Source of the DNA: Vezdaea acicularis
Taxonomy: Eukaryota
Direction of reading: 5' to 3'
Assembly (NCBI GenBank): GCA_026025075.1
Contig: JAPEUI010000042.1
Coordinates: 1 to 64,000, forward strand
DNA: 64,000 nucleotides
Part shown: positions 51,308 to 64,000 of the stretch, in pieces
How positions within the stretch are numbered: the first letter of the stretch is position 1
How the letters are laid out: each line of letters opens with the position of its first letter
Made by a program: the position numbers and the translations under genes
Notes under the pieces: generated by a model
What the model was told of the DNA's origin: nothing
The model's database searches: none
What the model saw: the letters and a program-made list of their open reading frames with translations, nothing else

Positions 51308-52249
51308 ATGTTCATCCTTGTGGGTCGCAATTGAAGATACCATTAGAAGTTCTACAGCTAATGACAATGTCATGAAGACAAAATTCTCGGATTTAGTCGA
51401 GATCACACCAGAGGACTTCCAAAAACCGAGTTTCGAGGCTATAGAGGATAATCTTAATGCTAAATATGCAAACAAGGTATGCTGCTCCAGGCATAAACTC
51501 ACGGCCACTATTTCTAAGTCTCAAACATGAAGGTGATTCAAAAAGTTGGACTTTGTATATGTGTATACGATATCCTCACAGCATCGGAAGGCTACATTGG
51601 GCACGGAACAGGGATCGCCAACGTGAATGGTAAAGTTCCTTATCAAATTTGTAGAAGTATACCCAACTTACAAGAGAGAATAGTCGAATTTAGACTTGTT
51701 GTTTTTCGCCCATTCAAGGGCGAGGTCCTTGTTGGCAAGATTAGCAGCTCAACCGAGCATGGGATTAAGAGTGCGTAGGGCGTTGTGGATCATCCCCTTA
51801 GAGAGACTAACGGCCGTAGTACGCCTTGACTTTTTTGATGAGATATTTGTCCCCGGACATCTTCTCTTCGAAAACACTCGGTTGTAAGTTGTGATGAAAA
51901 CTATTTATATATCTTAATCTTTTAATCTTTATCTTACTTTTCTCTTCTTCTTCTTCTTTTTACTTTTGATTTTAAGATCTTGAGATGGTTCTACGCTGAA
52001 ACGCCCACTAGTTCCGCCCAAGAAGCAGTCTGGATATGGCAGAATGAGGGAGTACAGCTATTTTTCGACAAAAACGAAACAGTGCGATTCCGAGTTGAGA
52101 ATGAGCTTTGGCATGACCAAGTACCATTACCACCAAGCGAAAGAGCCGAACAGAGTGCCGCCGAGAGGCGGAGTCCATACACACTCGAGGCAAGTATGGG
52201 ACAAGGTGGGCTTGGTTGTACCTTATGGTGGGACGAAAGTGAAGCATGA
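51308..52249 (+). CDS. RPC25: RNA polymerase III subunit C25 (Rpb7 paralogue)
   Basis: Micro-exon MFIL, then TKFSDLVEI..LNAKYANK|VIQKVGLCICVYD..|EFRLVVFRPFKGEVLVGKI..LDFFDEIFVP..GLGCTLWW; five introns. Confidence 0.93.
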
Positions 52250-52314
52250 CGTCCACTTCAAAAAGTGTGCTTCAATGGGTATCATAGACCGGACGTCTGG
52301 TTTTTGTTATAATC

Positions 52315-52991
52315 TTAAGAGCTTAAGGTTCTGTATTGCATTAGCATTCCCAAAATACATCATACTCGGACCGATATGACCTTACCCTAGAAAATCTTCC
52401 TTAATGCTGCCGATTGCGAACATATTGCCCACGTCACTTCTAACGCCTACCATTTTTATCCGTACATGTGTGCCTTTTTCAATCACCTGATCTCCGTTAT
52501 CGGTATATTGTGCTGGGGTTGCGTTCTCGTCAAACTTGATATCAGAAGGAATCATCTGTAGCGTTTGTCAATATCCGTGCACGGAGTGATTCTATACTAA
52601 CGAACCGTTTGAGAAACAAATATTTGGAGAGGCCCAACATTGGCGAAGAATCCCAATTTGCTCACACCATCAACTATGGCGTCGACCTTTCACAGGCCAA
52701 CCTGTCAATATCTTGCACACCTCGCAGATAATCCATTCTTACCGTTTCCCCCTTGAACGGCCTCCACACTACTGCTCTGTATTGCACCGTGAACTCTGCA
52801 AGTCCAGTGCCTGGGACGATTCGACCTTCCGATATATCAAATGTGTCCATGACACAGATAATGTAGTATTCTCCTGTGCACGTTCCCTCGACATCTTCCA
52901 ATAACTTAGTCGTAAGATACCTATGAATGTTCGGCCCATAGAATGACGGGTGGAGCGTTATTGTGCGCTCTTCCTCGTGCAAGAAGAACAT
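52315..52991 (-). CDS. RPB7: RNA polymerase II subunit 7
   Basis: [55 protein letters not shown]..|[25 protein letters not shown]; three introns. Confidence 0.95.
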
Positions 52992-53816
52992 AGCGATCTT
53001 CGTCAGAACAACGAAGGTGCGAAGTGAGTGGAAGATTACTGCGTGAGGAGTGATCTCAAGCGCTTTGTTTACAGCGATGAAGGAGCGCAACTGAAGACGA
53101 GGACTGTAGAGAGTAGTGTGAAAGCTATGAACGACCCGGAGATCTTCGAATGCGTGGATTAAAGGCCCTTAGGGCTTCTTTAATGCTGTCACTGCCTCGG
53201 CAGCTTCTGTCTCTGGGACTCTCATGCGCTGCTTGACCTTTAATTTCTTTCCGGGGCGTCCAAAGAAATCTGTGGAAGGCACAAAGGACTTGAAAGCTTT
53301 CGCTGTTTCGAGGCCTGAATTTCCCGCTGCTGATCTTTGATAATGAGTGGACGTCAAGTTGACAACTGAGGCTCGCGACAAGTCCGTAGGGAATCCTTTG
53401 CGCCAACTAGAGATCGTAAGTCGCGATCGCGGTTCTGAAATAATGAAGCTAAGACGTGTGCCTGAACAAGCACGTGATACTCTTCCCTTGCAGACGGAGA
53501 ATCTAAATGACGGCGAACCGGATAATTAGCGTCTGGGGTCAAATCAAAATACAGGGAATTGCGACAATCCGAACAGATCTTTGTGCGAGTCGTTTTCGAC
53601 CGTCAATGTGGAGCTGCTCGAATATTCTTTCGCAATCGCAGTCCTTATATGAAGATATCCCAACGTGCGTAGGTGTGGGAAGCAGAAGATTAGAGAGTTC
53701 GCCGTCTAGGCAACGCGACGCAAGCACTCCGACGCGAATCGGCATCAGCTGCGACAAACTTCAGAGTTTCCGAAAGCTCTAAGAACCACCTCTAAGAGTA
53801 AGGACTACGACTCAAA

Positions 53817-56412
53817 ATGGCCTCTCTGGGAGAAGATCTGCTCGGAACCGTCAATAAGTTGCAAGATCTTGTCTTCAATACGATTGGCAATGATTCTTTA
53901 GATCTACCTCAAATTGTAGGCCCCGCAAGACTTTTCATTATACCTTGCATGCTCCCAGAGATTGCGCCATGACTGATTGCAAATATAGGTCGTTGTAGGT
54001 TCGCAATCATCAGGGAAGTCCTCAGTCCTTGAAAATATCGTCGGTCGGGATTTCCTTCCACGGGGGAGCGGCATCGTTACTCGGCGTCCTCTTATTCTTC
54101 AACTCATCAACGTACCTAGTGAGCGAGACGACAAACCCGAAAGTGACGAAGTCCATGTCCCACATACTGCAGCGAGCGTAGCTGGCCAGGGTGAATGGGC
54201 CGAGTTTCATCACCTACCAGGACGACAATTTCGGGACTTTTCTGAGGTCAAACGGGAGATCGAGAATGAGACTGCTCGGATAGCTGGTAACAATAAAGGC
54301 ATCAACCGACAGCCTATCAACTTGAAGATATACTCGCCACACGTACTGAGTCTGACTCTTGTGGACTTACCGGGCCTGACGAAGGTCCCCATTGGAGACC
54401 AGCCTTCGGACATCGAGAAGCAGACTCGTAACCTTATTTCGGAGTACATCGCCAAACCAAACAGCATAATACTTGCTGTCTCGCCCGCAAATGTCGACAT
54501 TGTCAATTCAGAGGCATTGAAGCTCGCCCGTCATGTGGATCCGATGGGTCGCAGGACGATTGGTGTGTTAACGAAGCTAGATCTCATGGATCATGGTACG
54601 AATGCTATGGATATTTTATCGGGTCGAGTATATCCCTTGAAGCTTGGCTTCATTGGGGTTGTGAACCGGTCTCAGCAGGATATACAGGGCAACAAATCTT
54701 TAGCTGATGCTCTCAAGTCGGAAGCGGATTTCTTCAGACACCATCCTGCATACCGAAATATGGCCCACCGGTGTGGTACACAGTTCCTCGCCAAGAGTCT
54801 TAATACGACTCTAATGGCACATATCCGGGAGCGGTTACCGGACATCAAAGCTCGGCTTAATACTCTAATGGGTCAGACGCAGCAGGAATTGGCTAGTTAT
54901 GGAGACATGCATTTCCACGGAAAGGAACATAGAGGGTCGCTTGTCCTGCAACTTATGACTCGGTTTGCGTCGTCTTTTATTTCGTCTATTGATGGTACCT
55001 CATCGGAAATCTCTACCAAAGAGCTGTGTGGCGGCGCGCGGATCTACTACATCTTTAACTCGGTCTTTGGAAACTCTTTGGACACGATTGACCCCACGGT
55101 TAACCTTTCAGTGTCGGATATCAGAACTGCAATTCGAAACTCTACTGGTCCAAGACCCAGTCTCTTCGTTCCGGAGATGGCCTTTGACCTTCTAGTGAAA
55201 CCACAGATTAAGCTTCTTGAGATTCCAAGTCAACGGTGTGTAGAATTAGTGTATGAAGAGTTAATCAAGATATGCCATACATGCGGCTCTACTGTAAGCT
55301 CCTTGCGCTCTAACTACGGGCGGAATACTAACCACTTCAAGGAGCTGTCTCGTTTCCCTCGACTTCAAGCTAAGCTTATCGAAGTCGTCTCGGACCTTCT
55401 GCGGGAGCGCCTAGGTCCGGCATCAACATATGTAGAGTCCCTCATCTCAATACAACGCGCATACATTAATACCAATCACCCCAACTTCCTTGGAGCCGCT
55501 GCTGCCATGAGTTCTGTCATCAATACCAAACAAGAAAACGAGAAGAAGGCTGCTCTTCTAGAGGAAAGGCGAAAGCGAGAACGCAGGCGATTAAAAGAGC
55601 TTGGCGCTGTGAATGGAGTTGAGGGTCCCGAAGAGGAAGAAGAACACGATCAGAAAACGCAGGGCTTACCCTCAAGAAGTCATGTCACGAAAGCGTCGAG
55701 AAGCATGTCCCCTGCCGTCAGAGGAATGGAAAATGGGCAGGGATATAACGCTGCGTCCGTGAATGGTGCGAAAGCGGGGGAGCTGTATGGAGCACCTGCA
55801 GGTACGGCGAAGGACTCGTTCCTCAACTATTTCTTCGGTAAGGATGGTGTCCCAACTGGGACCGGAGGAACTGCTGGGACAGCTGCTGGTGCAAACACGA
55901 GCGGGCGTTATGGTCACAACGTGGAGCCCAGCTTCAGTCAAAGTATTCGGAAGCAAGAGTCACGAGCTGTAGAGCGCGCAAACGCTTTACAAGGGCATGA
56001 AAACGACTACGACGGAACGTTAGGACGGGACGATTACAACTCGTTCTTTGTAAGTCTTCTCTGTTACTGATCAGAAAACTTTGGACTGATATCACCACTT
56101 TAGGCAAACAACGAAGAGCCCGCATTATCCGAACGAGAAGCAATGGAGACTGAGCTGATTAGACGGCTAATTTCATCATACTTCAACATCGTACGCGAGA
56201 GTATAGCTGATCAAGTGCCTAAGGCGGTGATGCATCTGCTCGTGAACTTTTCTAAGGATGCCGTGCAAAATCGCCTCGTGAGCGAGCTGTACAAAGAAGA
56301 CCTATTTCAAGAAATGTTGTATGAGGATGACGGGATCAAGGCGGAACGAGAGAAATGTGAAAAGCTCCTTGCGACCTACAAAGAGGCAGCCAAGATCGTT
56401 GGAGAGGTCTAA
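53817..56412 (+). CDS. DNM1: Dynamin-related GTPase for mitochondrial/peroxisomal fission
   Basis: MASLGEDLL..LDLPQI|VVVGSQSSGKSS, DLPGLTKVPIGDQP, TKLDLMD, SFLNYFFGKD insert, GED domain; introns 53916-53988, 55294-55341, 56050-56103. Confidence 0.96.
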
Positions 56413-57021
56413 TTTCGGGAGTATTTACGGCGCTCTGTATGATTATTGGGCTGGCTCTGGCAGCAGGAGTAAACTTTGGACGCTACTCTATTTTTCCCCG
56501 CTCTGTAGCTTTTACTGAGGAATGTCTGCTTACTATCACATCGAAACTTAAAAGTCGAGCACTCCCGCTGTTCGACACTTTCGGGCTATCCCCTTATGTG
56601 ACTTCCTTCCTTCGATTACTTCATGAGGCATCCCACGACGCCAATTCCTCTTTACTTCGTTTGCGTAGTGACCCCCATTTGCTGAGCCTGTCAAAGATTA
56701 TCCAAAAGACGAACAGCTCGATACAAAATTCTCGAAGCTAGCTTCATCCAGTAGAGATGCCTTGAATCAGGATTAGAGGACACCGTTCACATGCCTCTAA
56801 CGCTCTAGCTCAGGACTTCAATAGGGAGCTCCACACTACGGAACCTCTTCCATAGTATCGGACGAAAGGAAGTGTCACACGAAGACGAAGTTCAATGACA
56901 GCTGATTTGATTTCTCGAATGGTAACTACAACCTTGAATAAACTTACAAGCTTCCAAAAGAGGGTATATTGCTCCCCTCGCATTACGAATTCCACGCAAA
57001 CCCCGTGCTCGTACAGTCATA

Positions 57022-57777
57022 TCACTTATTTCCGTTTGCCAACACCTTCTGCTCCTTCTCTTTCTGGACCTTCGCGAGCTCTCTTTCCACTTGCACGTCC
57101 AGTCTCTTCTTCAGCTCTGGTCTGTAGCCAAACATGAACAGGACCTCCATCCAGACGAAAAATGGCGCAAGTAGTAAGGCTTGCACGAGGTTATCTAGCA
57201 GCGCTGGCGCCCTACCCTCGAACGCGCCATGGCCTACAAATTGCATGAGCCAACAGGCGATGTGAACGCCAGTGGCCCAGTAGTTGGCAACTTCTCCATA
57301 TGTTGAGATGAGATGGTCTCCCAGTGCTGCACTACCTAGAATCAGGGGCGCATAGGCGGCGCCAGCCACGGGTTCCAAGAGTATAAAGAATGTGGAGTAG
57401 ACCAGCGCCGCAATTGTACCTAGGTTTGGCGGAAGGTTCGGGATCGTGAGATATTCAGGAAGTGGTACGAGGTTGGGGGTATTGGTGGCCCGGAAGGATG
57501 TTAGTGGGCTGAGAAAAATGATAGTGCTAATAGGATATCTACCAATAGGATACCCGTGAAAAGTAACGTGGGTACACAGACAATGTGTATCCAGATATTG
57601 ACCTTTGCTTGGTGGTTAACTCCTTGGCTTATAACTCATTCCTCTCAGGTAAAGGGTCAGGGTATACCGGATTGTGGTGATAGGAACCATACTGGAAGCT
57701 TTGATTTAGTGAATGCTAATGCTCACAGCCCGTCAAGGACTTACGAAAACCATCTGCTTCTCGAGGTTTAGCGACAT
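57022..57777 (-). CDS. DUF962 / Mpo1 (YGL010w)-like ER membrane protein
   Basis: MSLNLEKQMVF|YGSYHHNP|VNIWIHIVCVP..QFVGHGAFEGRAPALLDNLVQALLLAPFFVWME..GYRPEL; three introns. Confidence 0.92.
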
Positions 57778-58347
57778 TGTGTCAGGAAGTCACAGAGCTC
57801 AAGCAGCGCGGAAATAGCGACTTGCTCTAGACTTTATGGACCTATTAGGTTGGAGCTTATTGGTACTTGTAATATTTCAAAAGATGAAGGCTTAGCTTTG
57901 CCCATCGATTCCGAGGTATGGCGATTTCGTGCTTTTAGTGAGACGCGAGGCCCGCTGCCGAAAAAAGCCATTACTTGTGCCACGATACCAATATAGACCT
58001 CGGCAGTTTTCTACGTTCATGATGTTTAACTCCAACGAAATTCATTGTAAGGGCTGAAACCTCTTTAGCTTACAGCATATACAAGCTTAGCACTTTTTCC
58101 GGCAGGCCAAGCTTGAATTGTTCTAGATGTTCAAATCCCTAGGTCTGTTCAGCGGACCAGGATCCGGGCTTCTGCATTGGAGGTGTTAACCGAACCAATG
58201 AATTCATCTTGAAGCATCGTCAACATGACATATGCCAATGAAACAGTGCATCTAATGTTGTTTTGTGTGAGCTGAATGCTCGAGTAACTTCCGATTATGG
58301 TATATACTCTTTCGGTGCGTTGAATTGTCTAGTAAAAGTATGCAACC

Positions 58348-59167
58348 ATGACTACTTTAACTTGGGTACTCTTCCTAGCAGCGGTGCAATGCTTCATTTG
58401 CGAGGGTTTTTGGATTTTCCCTGTCAACCAACAAAGTCTCGGTCCAGCAGTGAGCAATGTTCGAAAGAGGTATGCAAGTATTTGAGCAATTTCTATGTTT
58501 AAAATGTAGGCTCATTTTCGACATAGTTTGAGGAAGCATGAAATCATTCCTGATGTGATTGACGATTTTGAGCCTACCCTTTCCGTTGCAATCACATATG
58601 CCAAGACGAAGAAGACAGTCAACCTAGGGAATGTTCTAAACGCCGAGGATCTCCAGGATGCCCCCACTGTGCTACTCATACCCGTTCATAGAAACTTAGA
58701 AGAAACGCACAGCGGTCTCGATGAAACTTATACTATCGTCCTGACTGATCCTGACGCCCTCTCACGAGATGATCCTAGCATGTCTGAGATGTGCCATTGG
58801 ATAGCCACAGATCTGAAAATAGCCCCCTTTCCTGGTGAAGAAGAAATATCTGAGCTCTTGAGGCGCGCAGCTTACAGAGAGCTAATCTCGTATAAGCCTC
58901 CGGGCCCTCCACCAAAGAAAGGAACACATCGCTATGTGTTCATTGTCTTCAAATACAATGGGTCTGGTTCCCAAAATCTGACCGTGCCGAGCGAAAGACC
59001 GCATTGGGGCACAGGTAAAGTTAGGCATGGCGCAAGACAGTGGGCGAAACAGAATAATCTTGTCCCCGTTGGTAAGCTGCGTGCCGTTTCAAAGTTCTGT
59101 GATTGAAAGGTAACAATGAATGACGATAGGGGCCAATTTCTTCTTTTCTGCAAACCCAGAACAGTAG
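58348..59167 (+). CDS. Phosphatidylethanolamine-binding protein (PEBP, Tfs1-like) with predicted signal peptide
   Basis: MTTLTWVLFLAAVQCFICEG leader; IIPDVIDDF, LTDPDA.SR, CHWI, YKPPGPP..GTHRYVF, LVPVG|ANFF; introns 58470-58526 and 59072-59129. Confidence 0.9.
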
Positions 59168-59628
59168 TTGGTTACCTACTACCAACCTATAAGATATGCT
59201 TTTGGGGTTGGTGAGAGTGCCTTGTATTTGGCTTTGTTGGCGATCCAACACCACCAGAGCTCGCTACACAGAGGGTTCTTGGAGAGGAATTTCAATTGAC
59301 AAGGGTGAGATGGCCCCCAAGACATAGAAACCGGATACGATTGACCCGCACCCGATGGGGAAAAAATTTGATATATCCAAAGCTGCTAGAGATAATTGCT
59401 GTTCAGCATCAAATCCCTTAGGTTATGTTGGAGGACAGGTTGACGGAGGAGCTTTGGAGGGTTTTCAGTATAAGAATTTCTTTAGCACTCTCTGAGTCTG
59501 ACTAGAAAGGGATTTTGCATTCGGCGATTTATTGCCATGCATACAGAATGCGACCAGCGCAAATGTTTTGCACCAAGCCCTCAATTTATAACTGCATACC
59601 GACCCCTACACCTCCTCCCACCAATCAT

Positions 59629-61490
59629 TTACACGTAGTAACCTCCCCTTCGACGATACCTCCCTGTTGGCTGAGCCGCTCCTGAAGACCGATCATGTGG
59701 CCGTCCATCTCCGTGGTGATGATGATTGTGCTCATGCCTATGCATCGTCATGTTCCTGTCACAAGGAATGTCGTCGTCAAGTCCGTCAGGTGTGGGCAAG
59801 GCATCAGGAGACACAGTAGGCGAAGCAGAAGGGGTGGAGGACGCAGCCCCGTCGGCGAATACAGCTATTGGGGTAGAGCTGCTTGATACAGCTAAGGTAG
59901 TTGATGAAACGGTCGAAGAGGTCATGGTCGTCGAGCTGCTTCCTTTTTTAGGTGGCCCACTACAGTCGTACTCATCTGTCCCGTTTGAGCCACCTACACT
60001 GCCATCTGCACCAGTCCCATTTACAGTGCCGTCGGGGTATACGGCAGATGGAGATGCCGTTGGTGATGGCGAGACGTCAGCGCCTGCTACGCCAGGAGTA
60101 GAACCAGCCCCTCCCCTACCGCCTGTGCCAGTTGTGTTTGTGCCAGCCGCGCCAGCGTCAAACGAGCCACTCATTCCATCGGTGGAGTTCGCCGTTCCGC
60201 CCGTGCTGGTCAAGTTGGACTGCGTTGCGCCAGCGATGCTCAAGGGTGTTATGGCCGATGGTGTCATGCCGCCGTCACCTGAGCCGGCGCTCATGCTGCC
60301 AACTTCGGTATTGTCGGTGGGCCAGGTGGCGCTTGAACCTGGTGGGAGTGGGAGAGCAGACGCAAGTGCGTCCGCCGTCCAGTCTTTAATGGACCCAATT
60401 GTTTTCAAAGACGGGGCATCCATTGGTAAGGCGTCGATGTGTGAAGCCCAATACGGTTTGAAGGTCCTCGAGCCATCGGGCTGTACAGGGTCTCCTCCAT
60501 CATATCCCTTGTCTAGATAGTTATTTGAGTAAGGAGGCCATGGTGAAGTATGATCAAGTGATCCTGGTGAGCTGGAGTTACCAATCAGTGTGACATGGTA
60601 ATTTGGATCGGCATTCACGGCGTCGGTCAAGAAGCCAGGGTCTTCTGCATCATCGCGTATTTCAACATCGAAGCAAGTACTGTAGCTGGGCAACATGTAA
60701 TCCGTTTGTGGCTTTTCTCCCGTTGCCCACCAGTAAGTCCACACGAAGTTATAGACCCCAGGTGGTAGACTTGCGCCGGTAGGGTCCACAAGCTTCAATG
60801 GCAACCAACTGGCACCGGGATCGCCAGCGTAGCCCGCAAAGTTCGGCGTGCCTAGAGACTCGTCAGAGATTGCTTCAAAGCTTGGTCTTGAGCGAAAATA
60901 CCAATGATATGGGCATATTTGTTGGCGGGGGCTTTGAAGATAACGCGGTCATCAGTCAACTGATTGATCGTAGTTATTTGTGTTCCGGCCTTGCCAGCAA
61001 GGTAAACCTTAATCACTGTCAATGGCTTGCTTAAAGGCTTAGAAGATGCCAGACTCACCTTGTAATGCCCTGATGGTCGCTCCGCATATTCGTGAGCATG
61101 GTTGTTTGTTTGAACCTCTACCATGATTGTAGCTCCTGTCTTCACAGTGGTCCAAGGGTGAGTAGGATCGTAAACGGGGTTCTCCTGAAGCCAATTACAA
61201 GCACGATGGTTTTTGAATGCAATCCCATCCATGGTTGGCCAGATAAACTGCCAAGGATAGCCTTGATCTCCGACCAAACTGTACTGTGAAGATGTGTTGG
61301 CTACTAGCCCTCTTGGATACCCATCACAGGGATCTAAGCCGGCGTTATAATCACTTTTCCGAGCAAGTAAATTGTCCAAATTCGGCCTAGAGTTGACACA
61401 TTTGACAAAGTTGTGACCGAGTGTACCTGGCACAAGGTCGAAAGCGGCTAGCGCTGTAAGAAGAATGGATGTGCTAGTAATGCAGAACAT
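59629..61490 (-). CDS. Secreted LPMO-like (histidine-brace candidate) protein with long S/T/G-rich, His-rich C-terminal extension
   Basis: Signal peptide ..VPGTLG|HNFVKC; CDGYPRG; NNHAH; GVYNFVWTYWW; YSTCFDVEI; introns 61008-61058 and 60852-60901 give one frame. Confidence 0.7.
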
Positions 61491-63041
61491 AATGACAGTA
61501 AAGAGTGACAAAAACAGATAGAGACGGAAGGGACAGACTTGCTGCGCGAGGAAAGGAAGAGGAAGTACATCGCTTCCTCATGGTCATATATGATAATTCA
61601 CGGCTAGCAAAGGAAATTTCATGGAGCTAGAAGCTGTGCCTCAGGAGCTTTGTGAAATTTGTCAAGTACTTTTACCTCCCAGGGTACGGCAGCATCTTTT
61701 GTCGCAGGTTCATAAAGGCTTAACCTTATCGATATCAGCGTATCAGCGATAGCAGACCTTCGCGCCGTGAGCCTCTGGACCAGGTTCAATAAGATCCTTC
61801 AACGGGGATGAAGCAGTGGCAAACAGGCCAACCAGGAGGCATTCAATCCTGGAGCTCGAAGCTGTCTCATGGAGGGCTGCAACAAACAAGCCAGAATCCG
61901 AATCAAAGGTGTGCCGCCTTCAACGTCACCACCAGGAAGAGGAGAGGATAGAGCTCTGCCGCACATATAGGAAAAGCGGTCGCAGGATTTAGGATAAGTG
62001 ACGATAAGATGCAAGCTAAAAGGGTGCAGCAAGAGGTGAAGCGCTAGAACCCCTAGAGCGCTACGCTCGGGGCAGTCCCTGAACCAAGAGGATGGAGCAG
62101 GTCCCCACAACGGAGATGAGCGCCATCGCGTAAAAGCGAGTAATATATCCAATCCATGACTTGCTTTGATAAGGATTGCCCATGATATTCATCTTGAATA
62201 ACAATGGAGTTTGCAACGAGATTAGACGACAATTTACAACACATTCTTCGTTTTGCATCCAGGAGAAGTTGGCGTCACAATTGACGGGACGGGTCTAATG
62301 AAACTTGAAGAATAATCCAATCGCCCCATTGAGACCACCGGCTATTCCGTGCAATTCTAGAGACGGCTGAAAGGTTTAGGTCTAGAATTTCTTTCGTTCA
62401 AGTCCATGTCTGCGGCTTGTTCTGCATCAGAATGGCCTGCGTTAAATTGCAAGTTTCGACGGGTCGAAGCCGAAACGAGAATCTGTTGCGCTAACATTCG
62501 AAGGATGCGGCGACACTCCTTCCAACCGCGACTCGGCAGCATCCTTGAGGCTGGAATTCTTTTGCTACGTAGGTATGTTGCAAGCGATCTACATTTCCTG
62601 CCATATCCTAGCATTTGGGGCAATCATCTCACTCTCATCACTGCACATGAGAACTACACGGTCGATCGAGTGTTCAATCCTCGCACTTGGCTCTTATTGG
62701 TTTAAGTGACAGTGAACTTAGTTTCCTTTGCCCCAGCTCAAAACATCCCATGCATGGCTAAAGCTTTCGACGATAGCCTGTCCACACAGCTCAGCACTCC
62801 GCACTCCGGTTCGTTCACCTTGCATGATCCGTGCTCTATGTGATTCTCGTGCTCTCGTCAAGTACAGCTCCCAGCCCTTGCCTAGAATTATGCTTCGTTA
62901 TCAAAATAGAAAAATTTATGAAGGGAGGGTAGATGAAGGGTCGTGAGCCAACAATGAGTTGTGCCGAGTGCTATACCGAGAGCTAGAAGTTCATGGAGCG
63001 CCGCTCCTAACGAACAGTGATATATTCGATGCTGTCGCTTT

Positions 63042-64000
63042 CTACAATGCCGAGAAGACGAAAAGCTACGTATCGTTGATTAGCTAAGAGATAGGACACA
63101 GAGGTAAGGACTCCCCTTACGTTATTTGTTGCAGCAATAGCAATGCTGTCCTCGAAAGGGTGCCAGCTCATGTGCAGTATCTTCTTGTTGAAGTCAATTT
63201 GGTCTGCATCGGTTTCTTTCTTCATTCTTCCCCCTTGGCCTCCAGCTGCCGGACTTGTTGCACGAGATCCGCCTTTCTTGCCCGAGGCACTATTGGTGGG
63301 GCTGGTAGCTTGGTTGATAGGCGTCGGAACTCCCACTTTCTTAGCCTTGAACGCAGATTTGTCTGCTTGTAGGACAACCTCCATCTCTTTGTCCGGATCT
63401 GACGGGTAGATCATGAAGTTATTATTGTAGCTCCCGGTCATAACATTTTTCGCATCGCCAGAAAAAACCACCTCGAACTTGTCAAATATGCTATCGTTCT
63501 CGTACGTGTCACAAAGCCGTGGCCTCAGGTGCTCGTGAATAGGGATTGTTTTGATGGGCTGCCGCTCCATATTTACATCCCATATTTTGACCGTTAGGTA
63601 ATCACGCGAAAGAATATAGCGGCCGTCATGTGAGAATCGAACATCTGAAATTGAGGATATGATCTCCGAAAAGAATGATCGAGATGAAGGATCTTCCTCT
63701 TGCTCAAACTCTATAAGATGAAGTTTAGTACATATCAACGTCATCTGTCAGGTTGTATAAACTTACGCTTTGCATGTTGATCGCAAAGGGCGCTCTCTCT
63801 CATATCAGCAAGCTTGATAGTGCCTTTAGAGCTGGCATACATAAACCAGTTACAGCTTGAAGGATGAAACTCGGCTGCAGTAATGACTTCAGTCAGCTCC
63901 TCCATGTTTGCGGGCTTAATATCGACAATATTGAAGCTCTGGTCCTGTATGTTAAGATTCCATAGATTAATCCGAAGGTCGTCGCTACTTATAAAAGTCT
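63042..64000 (-). CDS. CDC55: Protein phosphatase 2A regulatory B55 subunit (3' part; gene continues beyond the window)
   Basis: [73 protein letters not shown], last exon LFVFSAL*. Confidence 0.97.

Noticed and set aside
53125..53782. Short ORFs between RPB7 and DNM1
   Set aside because: Non-ATG starts or no recognisable product; more likely divergent promoter and 5' UTR sequence

Overview
Intron-containing genomic DNA from a filamentous ascomycete (Pezizomycotina-type genes, short GT-AG introns with CTRAY-like branch points). Two blocks of conserved housekeeping genes flank an accessory or regulatory middle section. The left block (0.7-24 kb) holds a hypothetical gene, complex I subunit NDUFB10, palC, RanGAP, ALG6, nucleolin NSR1, MRPL37, RIM15 and TPA1/OFD1. 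The right block (46-64 kb) holds a TAF3-like gene, TAF7, a ZZZ3/Ahc2-like gene, RPC25, RPB7, DNM1, a DUF962/Mpo1-like gene, a PEBP, a secreted His1 LPMO-like protein and partial CDC55. The middle section has a SesA/HeLo-like-NB-ARC-TPR immune receptor (NLR) with 12 TPRs, about 9 kb without credible genes upstream of an Esc1-like bHLH factor, low-complexity DNA, and a large coiled-coil protein carrying an apparently captured RRM. The most interesting items are the LPMO-like histidine-brace candidate, a five-gene run of transcription machinery, the RRM chimera and the NLR. All identifications are from sequence recognition only; no searches were run.
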